Positions 12,960 through 24,647 of a DNA stretch of 64,000 bases are shown piece by piece (position 1 is the first letter of the stretch; each line of letters begins with the position of its first letter). Origin of the DNA: Heptranchias perlo (Eukaryota); NCBI RefSeq assembly GCF_035084215.1, contig NC_090360.1, positions 10,850,001-10,914,000 on the forward strand, given 5' to 3'. A program made the translations under genes and the position numbers. The notes beneath the pieces were generated by a model that did not search any database, was not told the DNA's origin, and worked only from the letters and a program-made list of their open reading frames with translations.

Positions 12960-13300
12960 TAACAAGTACTTGCAGTTCAGGTACACCGCAGGCCAGATGG
13001 AGAGTAAGTGTCTTTCTCTTCCCCAGTAACATACAGCCCCTACTGTACCTGTATGACATGGCTATTTCCCATGCCAGCCATGCTTTTGACCTCTCCAGAG
13101 TAAGGTTACTAATTAATGCAACATTTTGAATAGTTTTGTGCTGTGCACTGATGGCAACTAGGAACTGGTTAAGATTGCTTAAACTTGCTTAAGACCCAGC
13201 AGCCAATAGAACAGAAGGCGCTTTCACTCCCAGGCTGGATTTGAACCCAAGTCCAGGAGGCTAAAGGGCAGTGTTCTCATCGATTCTGTTCCCCACTCCC
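12960..13300 (-). mobile_element. Ancient tRNA-derived SINE remnant
   Basis: B-box-like GGGTTCAAATCC on the minus strand near 13238-13249 within a tRNA-like head; body boundary uncertain. Confidence 0.4.
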
Positions 13301-14270
13301 TGTAGATTGAAAGGTTTAAAACCATTTGCTCCTGTACAAGTTTAATTCTGTGGTAACCTTTCCTCCAACTCACAGGTTTCTTCTCGTGTGGGTGTGTGAA
13401 AAAATTGGTGTTGGCATTTTTGTGCTCAATTTTGCACTGAGTTCCATTTACAGACTTATTTCCTGTTGAAAAAAGGGAATTTGATTCAAATAACAGCTTT
13501 TTGTAACAGTTGCCATGGAGCACTGTTTTTTTCAGGGAGCTGCTGCTGTTTCATTCTAAATTTCTGACACTTTTTGAGGCTAATCCCATGAAATAGTTTA
13601 TAGAATAAAATTAGCTACAGGATGTCAATGTTTTCTCTAAATTATCTTCATGGCTCCCTTCAGCTGTTTTACATAATTTTTTCTCTTCCCTATCTCACTT
13701 TAATGCAACAATGAAAAATGTTAGGATGACATAAATCAGTTTAAATGTAAACAAATATCTTTTGAAGCGCAATGATCAATCAAGTATTTTTGACAATTTT
13801 AACAAGATTCTCGAACACAACTTTCTTTACTATTTCCTCAGTTGTGTCCAAGTATTGTGGTACCAGAACAACAATCTTCAATGACTTAGAAAGAAATAGA
13901 CTCTAAATATGTGGAAACATCCATTTAACCATGTTTATCTCTATGCCCTTCAATAGGAGCCAGAAGGCCCTAATGTCACGACATGAAGGGCAGCTACAGA
14001 TCCCTTAGGCTGGCAGCTGCGTTCCTGTTTATATCCCCTCTGGACCCCCTCCCCATCCCAGTATAAGGCCCTGCCAGAGTTGGGAGTGCACTCAGGCAAT
14101 GAAAATGGCCTGGGCCATGAAATTTTGGTGGACTCCTTCCTCTCCCCACCTCTGATACGCTGGTGCCTACTGGGGGTGCTAAACAGGAAATTGGCCCAAT
14201 GCTGTCAGTCTACCTTAAAGGAAAGGAGGGATGTAGGAATTTTTTGTTGGAACAAAGACTACCTCGTGAT

Positions 14271-14504
14271 TAGGAACATAGGAACAGGAGTAGGCCATTC
14301 AGCCCCTCGTGCCTGCTCCGCCATTTGATAAGATCATGGCTGATCTGTGATCTAACTCCATATACCTGCCTTTGGCCCATATCCCTTCATACCTTTGGTT
14401 GCCAAAAAGCTATCTATCTCAGATTTAAATTTAGCAATTGAGCTAGTATCAATTGCCGTTTGTGGAAGAGAGTTCCAAACTTCTACAACCCTTTGTGTGT
14501 AGAA
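14271..14504 (-). mobile_element. CR1 LINE 3' end
   Basis: Reverse complement of GATCAGCCATGATC...GGCTGAATGGCCTACTCCTGTTCCTATG tail. Confidence 0.9.
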
Positions 14505-14574
14505 ATTGTATTACTTGCAACAACCAGGGACATTTTGTACAAATAAATGATCAGTGTTTCTATAGATGATGATA

Positions 14575-14775
14575 ACATTGCTGAACATTGTCCAGTGAAC
14601 CCCGCTACTAGTGTGCATTTGTGGATTAGGCTCAGCTGTGATACCCTCCATAGATTAGTCTGTCAATACTGTCTAAGCTTACAAGTAAAGAATGGCCATT
14701 TAGGAGATGTAGCGGAAGACTGTTAGTGCCTGTGGATTCATACACCAGCAAGAGTCCTTGCTTTCAAGCAAGTAG
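14575..14775 (+). mobile_element. Old SINE family C, 3' part
   Basis: Homologous to 33410-33610 and to the reverse complement of 11430-11650. Confidence 0.5.
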
Positions 14776-17700
14776 GGGAGAAAATTGGGAGGAAATATTT
14801 AGGATGCATATCTTCAAATTTCAACATGTTTGGTTGCTGATAATACCAGGTGTCATTAAGACCAGAAAATATGTCATTCCTTGCCCAAGAGCTGTTCCCA
14901 ATATTGGATATCTTCTGGAGATCAGAGAAAGGGTATAGCTGCAGGATCAGAGTGCGCTGAGGATTATATCGCCCATGAACAATGTGTAAACTATAAAACT
15001 GTAAAGTTCTGTTCAAAGTTAGTGTATCTTACACTGTTCCCTATCTTTCGCCTGAATGATCTGAAGCCAACAGAGCTCATGTCAGAAATTTTCAGCATCT
15101 CTCATCAAGGAGTCTTTCACCTTCCCCTGCCCAATGTGATGGAAGCAGAGCTTTGTCATGTAGGGAAATGCTCTTTTTTATATGAATTCAGTTAGTCAAA
15201 GAAGTGAGTTAAAGATCGGCTTCAGATGAGCTGTATCTTAGAAGAGTAGCCAAAGCACCAAACCCTGATTCAGTTGCACTTCATTAAGAATCATCTGTAT
15301 TGGATAATTTTCCCCATTGACATTGTTGCCTGTATTTAAAAATAAATTGTGTCAGAAAGATAATTTTATGACTGGATCAATAAATTTTAAGGTGTTAATA
15401 TATGCAACTTTGCAGATTGGTGGATTGGACGGATTCATCATTTCTAATTTCACCCAACAGCGGTCACCTTGAAAGGAAGACAGTTCATGTGTCATATTTA
15501 ACACCTGCATCATAAAGAAAATCTTCTTTTGACATTAAGGCATTGCCATTGCTTCTCAAATTTAGTTGAGTGTTTAAGTCTAGCTTCCCACGCTGCTTCA
15601 GTTCCTGTAATTGATGCCTTGACTCCATACAGTAGCAGGAATATAGCTTCACCCACAGACAAATATTATGTCAGGAAACCTATGAAAAAATGGTTTCTGT
15701 AAAGGTCACGCAGATCAGCAGACTGTACAAGAATTTTGTTCTGAAGAAAATATTTAAACTCTTGTGGACTGATTCAATCCTTTTTGTTTTCTAAGAATTT
15801 GTACCATCAGTGTCTTGCTATGTTTTTCTGCATCTGTGTAATTATTTTGCTTATAAATATGTTTGACTATTAGGTTAACCTGAATGTAACTGATATTTAC
15901 CATCTTTTGGAGTGGGCAATAGAGCATGGTCGACATCACGTATGATGTCTGGTGGGTTATACCATGAGAAACATTCTACTTGTTGGTTCTGTGACAGCTA
16001 TCTCATTCATAGTATGCACAATGGGCCAAGTTTCAGTTGATAGGAAGCTCTGTACTGCTTTGACCCCAATGTAGTGCCCATTCTCTTCCAGCATTCGCAC
16101 CTGTTTTGTGAACATGAGAGAGAAAGAGGTGACTGTGTGTACAGTGCCAGATCTGTTTTTATGCTGAGGGCAGAAGAATGAATTTTTTCAGCTAATTTTT
16201 AGATGAAATAGTAAACATTGTGAATTTATGCTAACTCCTTGGTTTCGAATTTACTTTAGTTGCAGGAAGATTTATTCCAACACCAACAGTCAAAAGCAAT
16301 ACTTGGTTCTTAGCATTGTGTGAAGGTCAAAACAACTTTGGCTGCTAAAACTGGGCATAATTGTCAACCTAAGATTACTCAAGCAGCAACATTAGGTTTA
16401 TCTCAGGAATTATCTCTTCCAAACACCATTTGATGAAGGGAAAATAATTCCTACTGGGCGGAAAGCAAAACATAGTCAACTTTAAAAGCCAATATAATGG
16501 AAGGCCTAGGAAAACAAACTGAACATTTTGACTGAAAATCTCAATCTTGATCAAGATCAGTCTTGATCAAGATAATGTCTGTACAAGCACCAGTGTATTA
16601 CTCTAATGAATCTCAGACATTGGTGCATCAACCCTACATTTCATGACTAGTATTTGGTGTATATTGTAGTTGCATTTCCAATTCCCAATCTGATAGCGAT
16701 GCCTCAGAATACAAATATCCTTTGGTGCTCAGATTTATGAAAGAGGTCTGAAAGACCCAATCCCTGTCAGAACTCTATTCTTTAAACCAAATTAAACAGC
16801 CTTCAGCATTCTATAGTAATGTCCCCTGAACTGGAAGACAAGTATTTGAAGGTTTTGGTCTCAGCTTGAAGAATTAGTGCTTTGGGTACTGACTATCATT
16901 ACATGATGTTGCATTCGGGTAGAGTAATATTTTGGCTTCATGCTAAGTTCCTGTCAAAAGAGCTTTTGGTTTGATTTAGCTCAAGAGATCATTCTTGAAC
17001 ATTCTATCAGTTTGTCACATCCACATAAATCTTTGTGGGTAAGCACAGGCTGTCTCCCACTATTTAGACAGTGAATGGTTCAGAAACTCTAGCCAATCTT
17101 TGTGAAAGGGAAACTGAACATCAGGTGAACTTGCTATAAAACAAAGAGTAGCAAAAAGGGAAGTGGAATATATCTCTTTTGGGGGGTGGGAAGTCAAAGG
17201 TTATTGAGCAGAGGCTGCAGTGGGTGGAGAAAATTCCTTTCATCGGCTTGCGATTAATATCAATATGTTCTTTCATTTTCAGCTTTTCTTTCTCTAATAG
17301 CTAGTCCTTTGTGATCTTCCTCTGTACTAGTATGAATTTTGTTCCAGGGAAAGAGGGGGAGGGAGGGTAAGAGGAGGAAAGAACAATAGGGAATGTCTGT
17401 GATTGGGTAGAGGGAAAAAGTGATTAAATGACGAAAGGGATGATGGTGCGAGGCAAGGAGGGTGGTAATGGGTCAAGTTAAGAAACAAAAGATTGGCCAG
17501 CAGTAGCTGTGAATGGCAACAGCAGAACCATTACCAGCACAAGCTGACTGAAAAAATGGTTATGATCTGAAGTTATTGAAATCAATGTTGAGTCCAGAAG
17601 GTTGTAAAGTGCCTAAATGAAAGATGAGGTGCTGTTCTTTGAGCTTTATTGGAACAGTGTAAGACGCCGAAGACACAGAGGTCAGAGCAGGAGTGGGACA

Positions 17701-17853
17701 GGGAAATAAAGTGGCAAGCGACCGGCAGGTCAGGGTCACGCTTGCGGACAGAGCGGAGGTGTTCAGCAAAGCGGTCGCCCAATCTGTGTTTGGTCTCCCC
17801 AGTGTAGAGGAGACCATGTTGTGGGTAGGGAATACAGTAAACTAAATTGAAAG

Positions 17854-17977
17854 ATTGTAAACAATTTTACAACACCAAGTTATAGTCCAACAAATTTATT
17901 TTAAATTCCACAAGCTTTCGGAGGCTTCCTCCTTCGTCAGGTGAACGGTGTGGTTCACCTGACGAAGGAGGAAGCTT
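17854..17977 (-). mobile_element. Penelope-like pLTR copy 2 (tailless, fold-back), nested in the PLE fossil
   Basis: Starts ATTGTAAACAATTTTACAACACC; contains a 23-bp inverted repeat 17924-17946/17953-17975. Confidence 0.88.
17905..17946 (-). ncRNA. Minimal hammerhead ribozyme motif
   Basis: GTTCAC-CTGACGA-AGGAGGAAGCCTCC-GAAA-GCTT-GTGGAAT on the minus strand. Confidence 0.78.
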
Positions 17978-18904
17978 ATTGGTTGACAGCCTATCCCCAG
18001 AAATGGAGATAGAGAAGTCGAAGAAGGGACGGGAAGAGTCAGAGGTGGACCATGTGAAGGTGAGGGAAGGGTGGAAATTTTCCAGTTCGGGGCGAGAGTA
18101 GGAAACGACACCGATAGAGGCATCAATGTACAGGAAAAAGAGGTGAGGGAGGGGACCTGAGTAAGACTGGAAGAAAAAATGTTCCACGTATCCCGCAAGA
18201 AGGCAGGCATGGCTGACACCCATACGGGTTCCCATAGCGACACCTTTTATTTGGAGGAAGTGAGAGGAGTCAAAGGAGAAGTTGTTCAACGAACAAGTTC
18301 AGCCAGGCGGAGGAGGGTGGTGATGGATGGGAACTGGTTGGGCCGTTCAAGAAAGAAGCAGATGGCCTGCTGGCCGTCCTGGTGAGGGATGGAGGTGTAG
18401 AGCGACTGGACGTCCATGATGAAAAGGAGACGGTTAGGGCCGGGGAAGTGGAAACTGTTAAAGTGGCGGAGGGCGTTCGAAAAGTCGCGGATGTCGGTCG
18501 GAAGAGACTGGACAAGGGGAGAAAAAAGAGTCGAGATAGGAGGAAATAGGTTCCGTGGGGCAAGAACAGTCTGAAATAGGGCAGTCCTGTTTTTGGATCT
18601 TGGGAAGGAGGTAGAAGTGGGCTGTGTGGGGTTGGGGGACTATGAGGCTGGAGGCTGTGGGGGCAAGATCTCCAGAGGTGATCTTTAGAGGCCACTTAGA
18701 ATGTTGTTTAGATTGGGCCTTGGATGAATACCCTTGTAGCCATCATAAATGGTTTACTTTTGCATACTGCATCATTGAGACAATAGGAAGTCATTAAACA
18801 CATCTCTGAGAAGTTCATATCCTGATGCTAGAAAGGATTTTCATTCAAAATGTCTAGTGGGGGACTTATTTGGACAGACAATACAGCTACTGTGAATTGC
18901 CACC

Positions 18905-19075
18905 TGGCGGTGGGGGGGGGGGGCGGTAAGGTTTATTCAAAGTGGTAACTTTGATTGGCAGCTTGGCTGACCAATCCTTTGTAACACAGTGTTGAAGGAG
19001 GGGTCAGAGGATAGCCTGTGTGAGTCTCTCTCTCTCTCTCTCTCTCTCGTGCTCTGGAGCCAATCAGGTGGCTTA
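18905..19075 (+). promoter_or_regulatory. Candidate Pol II promoter (GC box + 3 CCAAT boxes)
   Basis: GGGGCGG at 18920-18926; ATTGG at 18954-18958; CCAAT at 18971-18975 and 19060-19064. Confidence 0.3.
19025..19048. repeat. (TC)12 microsatellite
   Basis: Read directly from the sequence. Confidence 0.95.
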
Positions 19076-19947
19076 GAAACTCCAGGCTATAGTGAAAACA
19101 TATACGGCCCTATTAAAATTAGTACCAAACTACAGTAACGTGCCAAAAAATTTGGTGCCACAAAGACTGACGCAAAAACTTTCTTTCATCAAATATTGTT
19201 CGTGTACTTTTGTACCAGTCACAGCATCTTAGTTAATATAGAAAACCTACACTTTTGTGGAAGATTATGATATCAAATGATGCATCATTTGAAAACAGGT
19301 CACATTTAAAAGTGCTGTTTTATATTTAAACTGACACGATGGGGCCATTGGATAATGGGATATCTGCTTCTTGTTTTACATGCAGGCAATTTAGTTAACT
19401 TGCATCACAGCTGTCACAATAGTGATGAACCACTAAGGTCAGCCAAGCACATGAATGAGCAGAATGGCCAGTAGTCAGTGCACATCATTTGAATAGTTTC
19501 AGATTATCACTTGGTAAAATCATTTCAATATATTGATATTTTCACATTATCCACTGTATTTCTACATTGGTGTCAACACCATTCAGTCATTGTGTGTGAA
19601 GAAGTGAAGTTTTAACACTTAGGGGCCAAATTTTGATACAGCGCTAAAGGGGAATACACGAACTGGCTATAAATTTAACACTAACACATTTACTATAGGG
19701 GGAGGGGATTTCAAATCACCTGAATTACTAGCTATGGTACAAAACAAAGGTAATAGCTTCCTCTGGCATTAAAATAGATTCCTTGTTATAAACGCACAGG
19801 CACTAGATATTCTCTTAGCAATCACTTCGGGAAGCGGTCTTTGTGTGCCTATGATCTGGAGTCTAACTTTACTGCTCAATATCTAGTTAAAGATGGCATG
19901 ACCTTGGAATCGGAACAACAGGCCCCTTGTTGCATGTACTGGATATT

Positions 19948-19993
19948 ATGATCTCTTATGTGTTGCTATGTGAATTTCTAGTCTTTTCAGAAG
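19948..19993 (+). CDS. Candidate first coding exon, signal-peptide-like (MISYVLLCEFLVFSE + 1 nt)
   Basis: ATG with A at -3, 15 mostly hydrophobic codons, phase-1 donor AAG|GTACGT. Confidence 0.3.
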
Positions 19994-20964
19994 GTACGTT
20001 GAAAAGCATTCTAGCGGAAAGCCAACAAACAAGATTATTTTACGTAGAATACATAAATTAACAGAATACAGTCTTCCAGTGAGGTGCATTTATATCCCTC
20101 ACTCTTCATAGCACAAAACAACAAAATAAACAACTCTGCTTCTATTAGAGGCTACACTCACTTGCAAGTGGAAATCCCTGCACTGCAATGAACCTGTTCA
20201 TTTTAAAAGATTAATTAGTATTAGCGCAATGCATTTATGTGTGTCTTCATCACCTCTGATTGCATTTTGTAACATTTATTGCTCCATTCCTCTCGTAGCT
20301 TTTTGAATTAAATACTTGTTTCCTGTTGTATCAACTCACATGGTACTATCGTTATTCTTCTCTTGATTACGCAAAGTCAATTAGATGAGCTCAATTTACT
20401 TAAAGTGTCTTATATGTGTCTGACAGCACACAAAAGTAGCAGCTAGTGGTAAGATTGATAGATGCAGTCAGATGACTATGGGCGAGAATTCTCAATGAAT
20501 TTGCCCATTTTAAGCAAGTTCCTCACTCAAAAACATCAATATCTTTTTAGCTTGGAGCTGGAATCAGGTGGTCTGAAATAAGGAATTGCTTTTCAACTGG
20601 TTGACATTGCAAAATTTTAGCTTCTCCCTCGAGGTCATGTTGCTGGATTATTTTATTTCTTTGTTGCCCTCAAGATTGACAGACTGACTAAAAGCATGCT
20701 TTTATTTGCATGTCAATTTTGATTCTTGGGTTTTAAGCATTTGCATTGAATGAACATGAGCTTTAAGCCCAAGGGCAACTCATTGCATTGTACCAATTAA
20801 GGCTGGTCATTCTGTCTGCCAGTAGAAACAACTGTCGAAGTATGCAGCATGTGGCTGTTCTTCGGTAGATAGATGACCCATGTAGTGAGCCAAGGAATGT
20901 CTGATAGAGGCATGTTGATTGTACCACACATTATTCTGGTTCAATCCTTGACTATCAAATCTGG

Positions 20965-21095
20965 ACATTTACCTGAGGAAGGAGGAAGTCTCCGAAAGCT
21001 TGTGAATTTAAAATAAAATTGCTGGACTATAACTTGGTGTTGTAAAATTGTTTACAATTGTCAACCCCAGTCCATCACCGGCATCTCCACATCAT
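20965..21095 (+). mobile_element. Penelope-like pLTR copy 3 (hammerhead + tail) with TSD
   Basis: Flanked by ATCAAATCTGG at 20954-20964 and 21094-21104 (the AT overlaps the element end). Confidence 0.9.
20967..21007 (+). ncRNA. Minimal type I hammerhead ribozyme motif; predicted cleavage after 21001
   Basis: ATTTAC / CTGAGGA (20973-20979) / GGAGG-AAG-TCTCC / GAAA (20994-20997) / GCT-T / GTGAAT. Confidence 0.8.
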
Positions 21096-21184
21096 CAAAT
21101 CTGGGTAGACCCTGTGCTGTTGTGATACATGCTCCATGGCTTGAAGAAAGTAAAACAAATTATGCACGTATATACTCATCCTGC

Positions 21185-21390
21185 AGTAATGCCATCGGGT
21201 CTTTTACATCCACCTAAACAGGCAGACAAGGTTTAACATCTCATTCAAAAGGTGGCATCTTTGACAATGCAGCACTCAGTCAGGACTGCAGTGAAATGTC
21301 AGTCTAGAATACATGCTCAAGTTCTGCAGTGGGCCTTGACCTATAACCTTCTGACCTAGGATTGAGAGTGCCCCAACTGATCCAGTTTGT
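21185..21390 (-). mobile_element. DeuSINE (SacSINE1-like) 5' half
   Basis: Reverse complement of the tRNA-like head and Deu-domain start seen at 33803-34010. Confidence 0.75.
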
Positions 21391-21457
21391 CTTTGAAGAA
21401 TCCTGCATGTTACGTTCATTTCTTAACACGAATTACTTTTGATAATCATGATTCAAT

Positions 21458-21608
21458 CTAACAGCACAGTGGGAGAACCGTCACCACACGGACTGCAGCG
21501 GTTCAAGAAGGCGGCTCACCACCATCTTCTCAAGGGCAATTAGGGATGGGCAATAAATGCTGGCCTCGCCAGCGATGCCCACATCCCATGAATGAATTTT
21601 TAAAAAAA
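21458..21608 (+). mobile_element. LINE family B, short 3' end
   Basis: Matches 4704-4853. Confidence 0.9.
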
Positions 21609-22679
21609 GAAAGTCTTTCCCGCCTTTTTCTCATGCTAAGATTTGGCAAAGATTTCCTCTTTACCCTACAAAGAATGTTTACAATTTCACTACAAATAGC
21701 TAACAGTGGAAAGCTTCCCCCGTTGTCTCTAATTCTCTCCATTTTGCCACAATGCTCTCAATATCCACAAAATTGGGTTGGCCATTGCTGCTCAATGGGA
21801 ATGATGGCAATTAACTAACAGGCCGAATGATTGTAAGTGGGTGACACATTTGTAGGAGGTTTTTCACAGCCTCATGTGCTTGTACTTTGACATTGACCCT
21901 AATAGTGTATCCAAAGAGTGTTCAAACTCAATGCAGTTATGTTTAAGGTGTGAATATCGTAGAGCTCAAGGCTCAAACATATGACCTGTTAACTGTGAAG
22001 CATAGATGTGGTAGTCATGTGAACCCATTAAACTGTGTAGTGAAGAGACCTGAAGTGAAGGTAAACTACTGACTATTGAAAATCTGGGGAAATGCTTAGT
22101 TTCTTGAGTTTGCTTCTTGTTGCATTTTAATGGGCATTTGCATTTGTGTGAATTTTTGGTGCTGATTGCTTTCTATTCTGTTGTTTATAGATGAATCCCC
22201 TTTAATGTTGTGCCATTCAAAGTCAGTGGCAATGTTTATATCATTATATCATGAAAAACATTTCATGTTATTTTGATACATTACGTTTACAATAGCATCC
22301 ATTGACCGCAAGTATGTGTTGTGCTGGAAATGGCACTTGATTTGACTAAGATACAGCAATTGCTTCACAGTTACTTCCATATACACAAGTGTAATAATGC
22401 AGACTTGCTTGATGTAACAGTGAGACGGAATAAATATTCTCTAACGTTCAGTACCAGAAGTGATAGGTCACATTTATCCTCAAAACCTGTCCGCTTCCTG
22501 AGTCTGCCCTGGAGAGACATGGTCAGGGGATCAGTCGTCGATAAGATTATTGGACCAACTTTCCAACTGTGGGTTCCAAAAATTGCAGGGAGATGTGTCT
22601 GTGAATTCCTGATGTGTACTCCCAGTGGATAAGGTTTCATGCATTTGGAAAAGCAGCCCTTACATCCGAATTACGTAGT

Positions 22680-22910
22680 GGGGTACTATTTCATCTTTAT
22701 GCCCCTGGTGTAAAGTATCACCTGAGTGCAGCACAGAGAGGAAAATCAGGCAGGGGAGGATCGCATGTCCCTAATAGGGCCCACCATTAAATTAATGGAA
22801 GGAAAATCGGGCGGACCTATCGAGCATACCATCCTCCCAGACTGATCTTTCTCTCTCTGCTCCGTCCAGGAGATGTTTTGCACCAAGGTGGTAAAGACAA
22901 AGTCCTGCCC
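22680..22910. mobile_element. Fold-back MITE (about 230 bp imperfect palindrome)
   Basis: Left half GGGGTACTATTTCATCTTTATGCCCCTGGTGTAAAG... pairs with the right half ...TTTTGCACCAAGGTGGTAAAGACAAAGTCCTGCCC. Confidence 0.65.
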
Positions 22911-23052
22911 AAACGCTTTGTGTTAGCCTCCATTACTCATAAATATCACCCAAAAAGGTACCTCCCTGAAAATGTAGTTCATTCCAAAAATCTCTTGTTT
23001 CATACAGTTGCTGGGGACTGAGTTCAAAGCTGGCCATCAATAAACCATTTAA

Positions 23053-23898
23053 ATGCAAGAGGACATTAATAAACTTGCAGAATGGGCATGTAATTGGCAA
23101 ATGAATTTCAATATAGATAAGTGTGAGGTGGTGCATTTTGGTAGGAAGAATAAGAAGGCCACATACTGCTTGAATAATAGTTTAAATGGGATAGAGGAGC
23201 AAAGGGATCTAGGGGCACAGATATACAAATCACTAAAAGCAGTGAAGCAGGTTAATAAGGTAATGAAAAAGACAAATCAAGCACTGGGATAGAATTGAAA
23301 AGCGAAGAAATTATGTTAAACTTGTATAGAACCTTGGTTAGACCACACTTGGAGTATTATGCACAGTTCTGGTCTCCATGTTATAGAAAGGATATAGAGG
23401 CATTGGAGAGGGTGCAAAAAAGATTCACAAGGATGATACCAGAACTGAGAGGATATCCCTATCAGGAAAGACTGAACAGGCTGAGACTCTTTTCTCTAGA
23501 AAAGAGGAGGCTGAAGGGTGACCTGATCGAGGTCTTTAAGATAATGATAGGGTAGACGTAGAGAAAATGTTTCCACTTGTGGGGGAGTCCAAAACTAGAG
23601 GTCCTAAATATAAAATAGTCGCTAATAAATCCAATAGGGATTTCAGGAGAAACTTCTTTACCCAAAGCGTGGTAAGAATGTGGAACGTGCTATCACAAGG
23701 AGTGGTTGAAGCAAATAGCATAGATGGATTTAAGGAGAAGCAAGATAAACACATGAGCGAGAAAGGAATAGAAGGATATGCTGATAAGTTTTGATGAAGT
23801 AGGGAGGGAGGAGGCTCATATGTAGCAAAAACACCGGCATAGACCCGTTGGGCTGAATGGCCTGTTTTGGTGCTGTAGTTTTGATGTAACTTGATGTA
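23053..23898 (+). mobile_element. CR1 LINE 3' fragment
   Basis: WQMNFNIDKCEVVHFG, RPHLEY, LFSLEKRRLKGDLIE; 3' tail GGGCTGAATGGCCTG. Confidence 0.92.
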
Positions 23899-23934
23899 AA
23901 CTTCACCTTTGTGGAATATGGTGGTGTCTGAACT

Positions 23935-24063
23935 GATTGATTTGATTACAGCCCTGTAATCACTCCCAAGGGAGCTGCTATTCTCTGTATAAACCATTTA
24001 TAATCATTGATTAAATTACAGCCTTGTAACTGAATCTTGGACACCTGTTATTCTCTGTATAAA
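23935..24063. repeat. Degenerate 70-bp tandem dimer
   Basis: ATTACAGCC at 23945 and 24015; TATTCTCTGTATAAA repeated at the same 70-bp spacing. Confidence 0.75.
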
Positions 24064-24262
24064 TTTCTTGATTGGACTATTGCCAATTAGCCATTATTCC
24101 AGAAATATTATTTTTCAAACAGCCAGTTTTATTGAAGTAGCAAAGCAGTTCTGTGCCATACAGTTTTTAATTGACAAAAGGAATTTTGTAAAACAGATAA
24201 TGGGGTAGATTTTCATCACCACTACTTGGGTGTCAGGCATTGCCTGGCGGAGGAAGATTGAT

Positions 24263-24647
24263 CACAACAACAACAACTTGCATTTACATAGTGCCTTTAA
24301 TGTAGTAAAATGTCCCAAGACACTTCACAAGCGTTATTACTGAGCCACATAAGGAGATATTAGGACAGATTGACCGCTTGGTCAAAGAGGTAGGTTTTAA
24401 GGAGCGTCTTAAAGGAGGAGAGAGAGTTACGGGGCCGAAGACAATAGCTTCGGTCTTCCCAGTGTTTAATTGGAGGACATTGCTGCTGATCCAGCCGGAC
24501 AAGCAGTAGTCTGACAGATCAGGGGCAGTGAAGGGATCAAGAGAGGTGGTGGTGAGGTGGAGCTGGGTGTATTCAGCGTACGTGTGAAACCTGACGTGTT
24601 TTCGGATGATTTCACCAAGGGGCAGCATGTAGATGGGAAATAGGATC
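24263..24647 (-). mobile_element. L2 LINE fragment, internally deleted
   Basis: IYMLPLGEIIRKH...YAEYTQL (cf. YADDTQL), LQLNTGKTEAI; (GTT)n tail. Confidence 0.85.

Larger units (their letters stand above)
17355..18682 (-). mobile_element. Penelope-like retroelement (probably Neptune type): RT + GIY-YIG fossil
   Basis: RT motifs FIMDVQSLYTSIPH and LQIKGVAMGTRMG; GIY-YIG motifs NLVYCI...GLLYTGET...GDRFAEHLRSV...PVACHF. The RT-to-endonuclease linker is deleted at the nested insertion. Confidence 0.9.

Noticed and set aside
16544-16573. Tandem TCTTGATCAAGA palindromes
   Set aside because: Most simply a local slippage duplication.
19948-20200. Immunoglobulin/TCR V leader exon
   Set aside because: The 46-nt size fits, but no V exon or recombination signal follows the donor.
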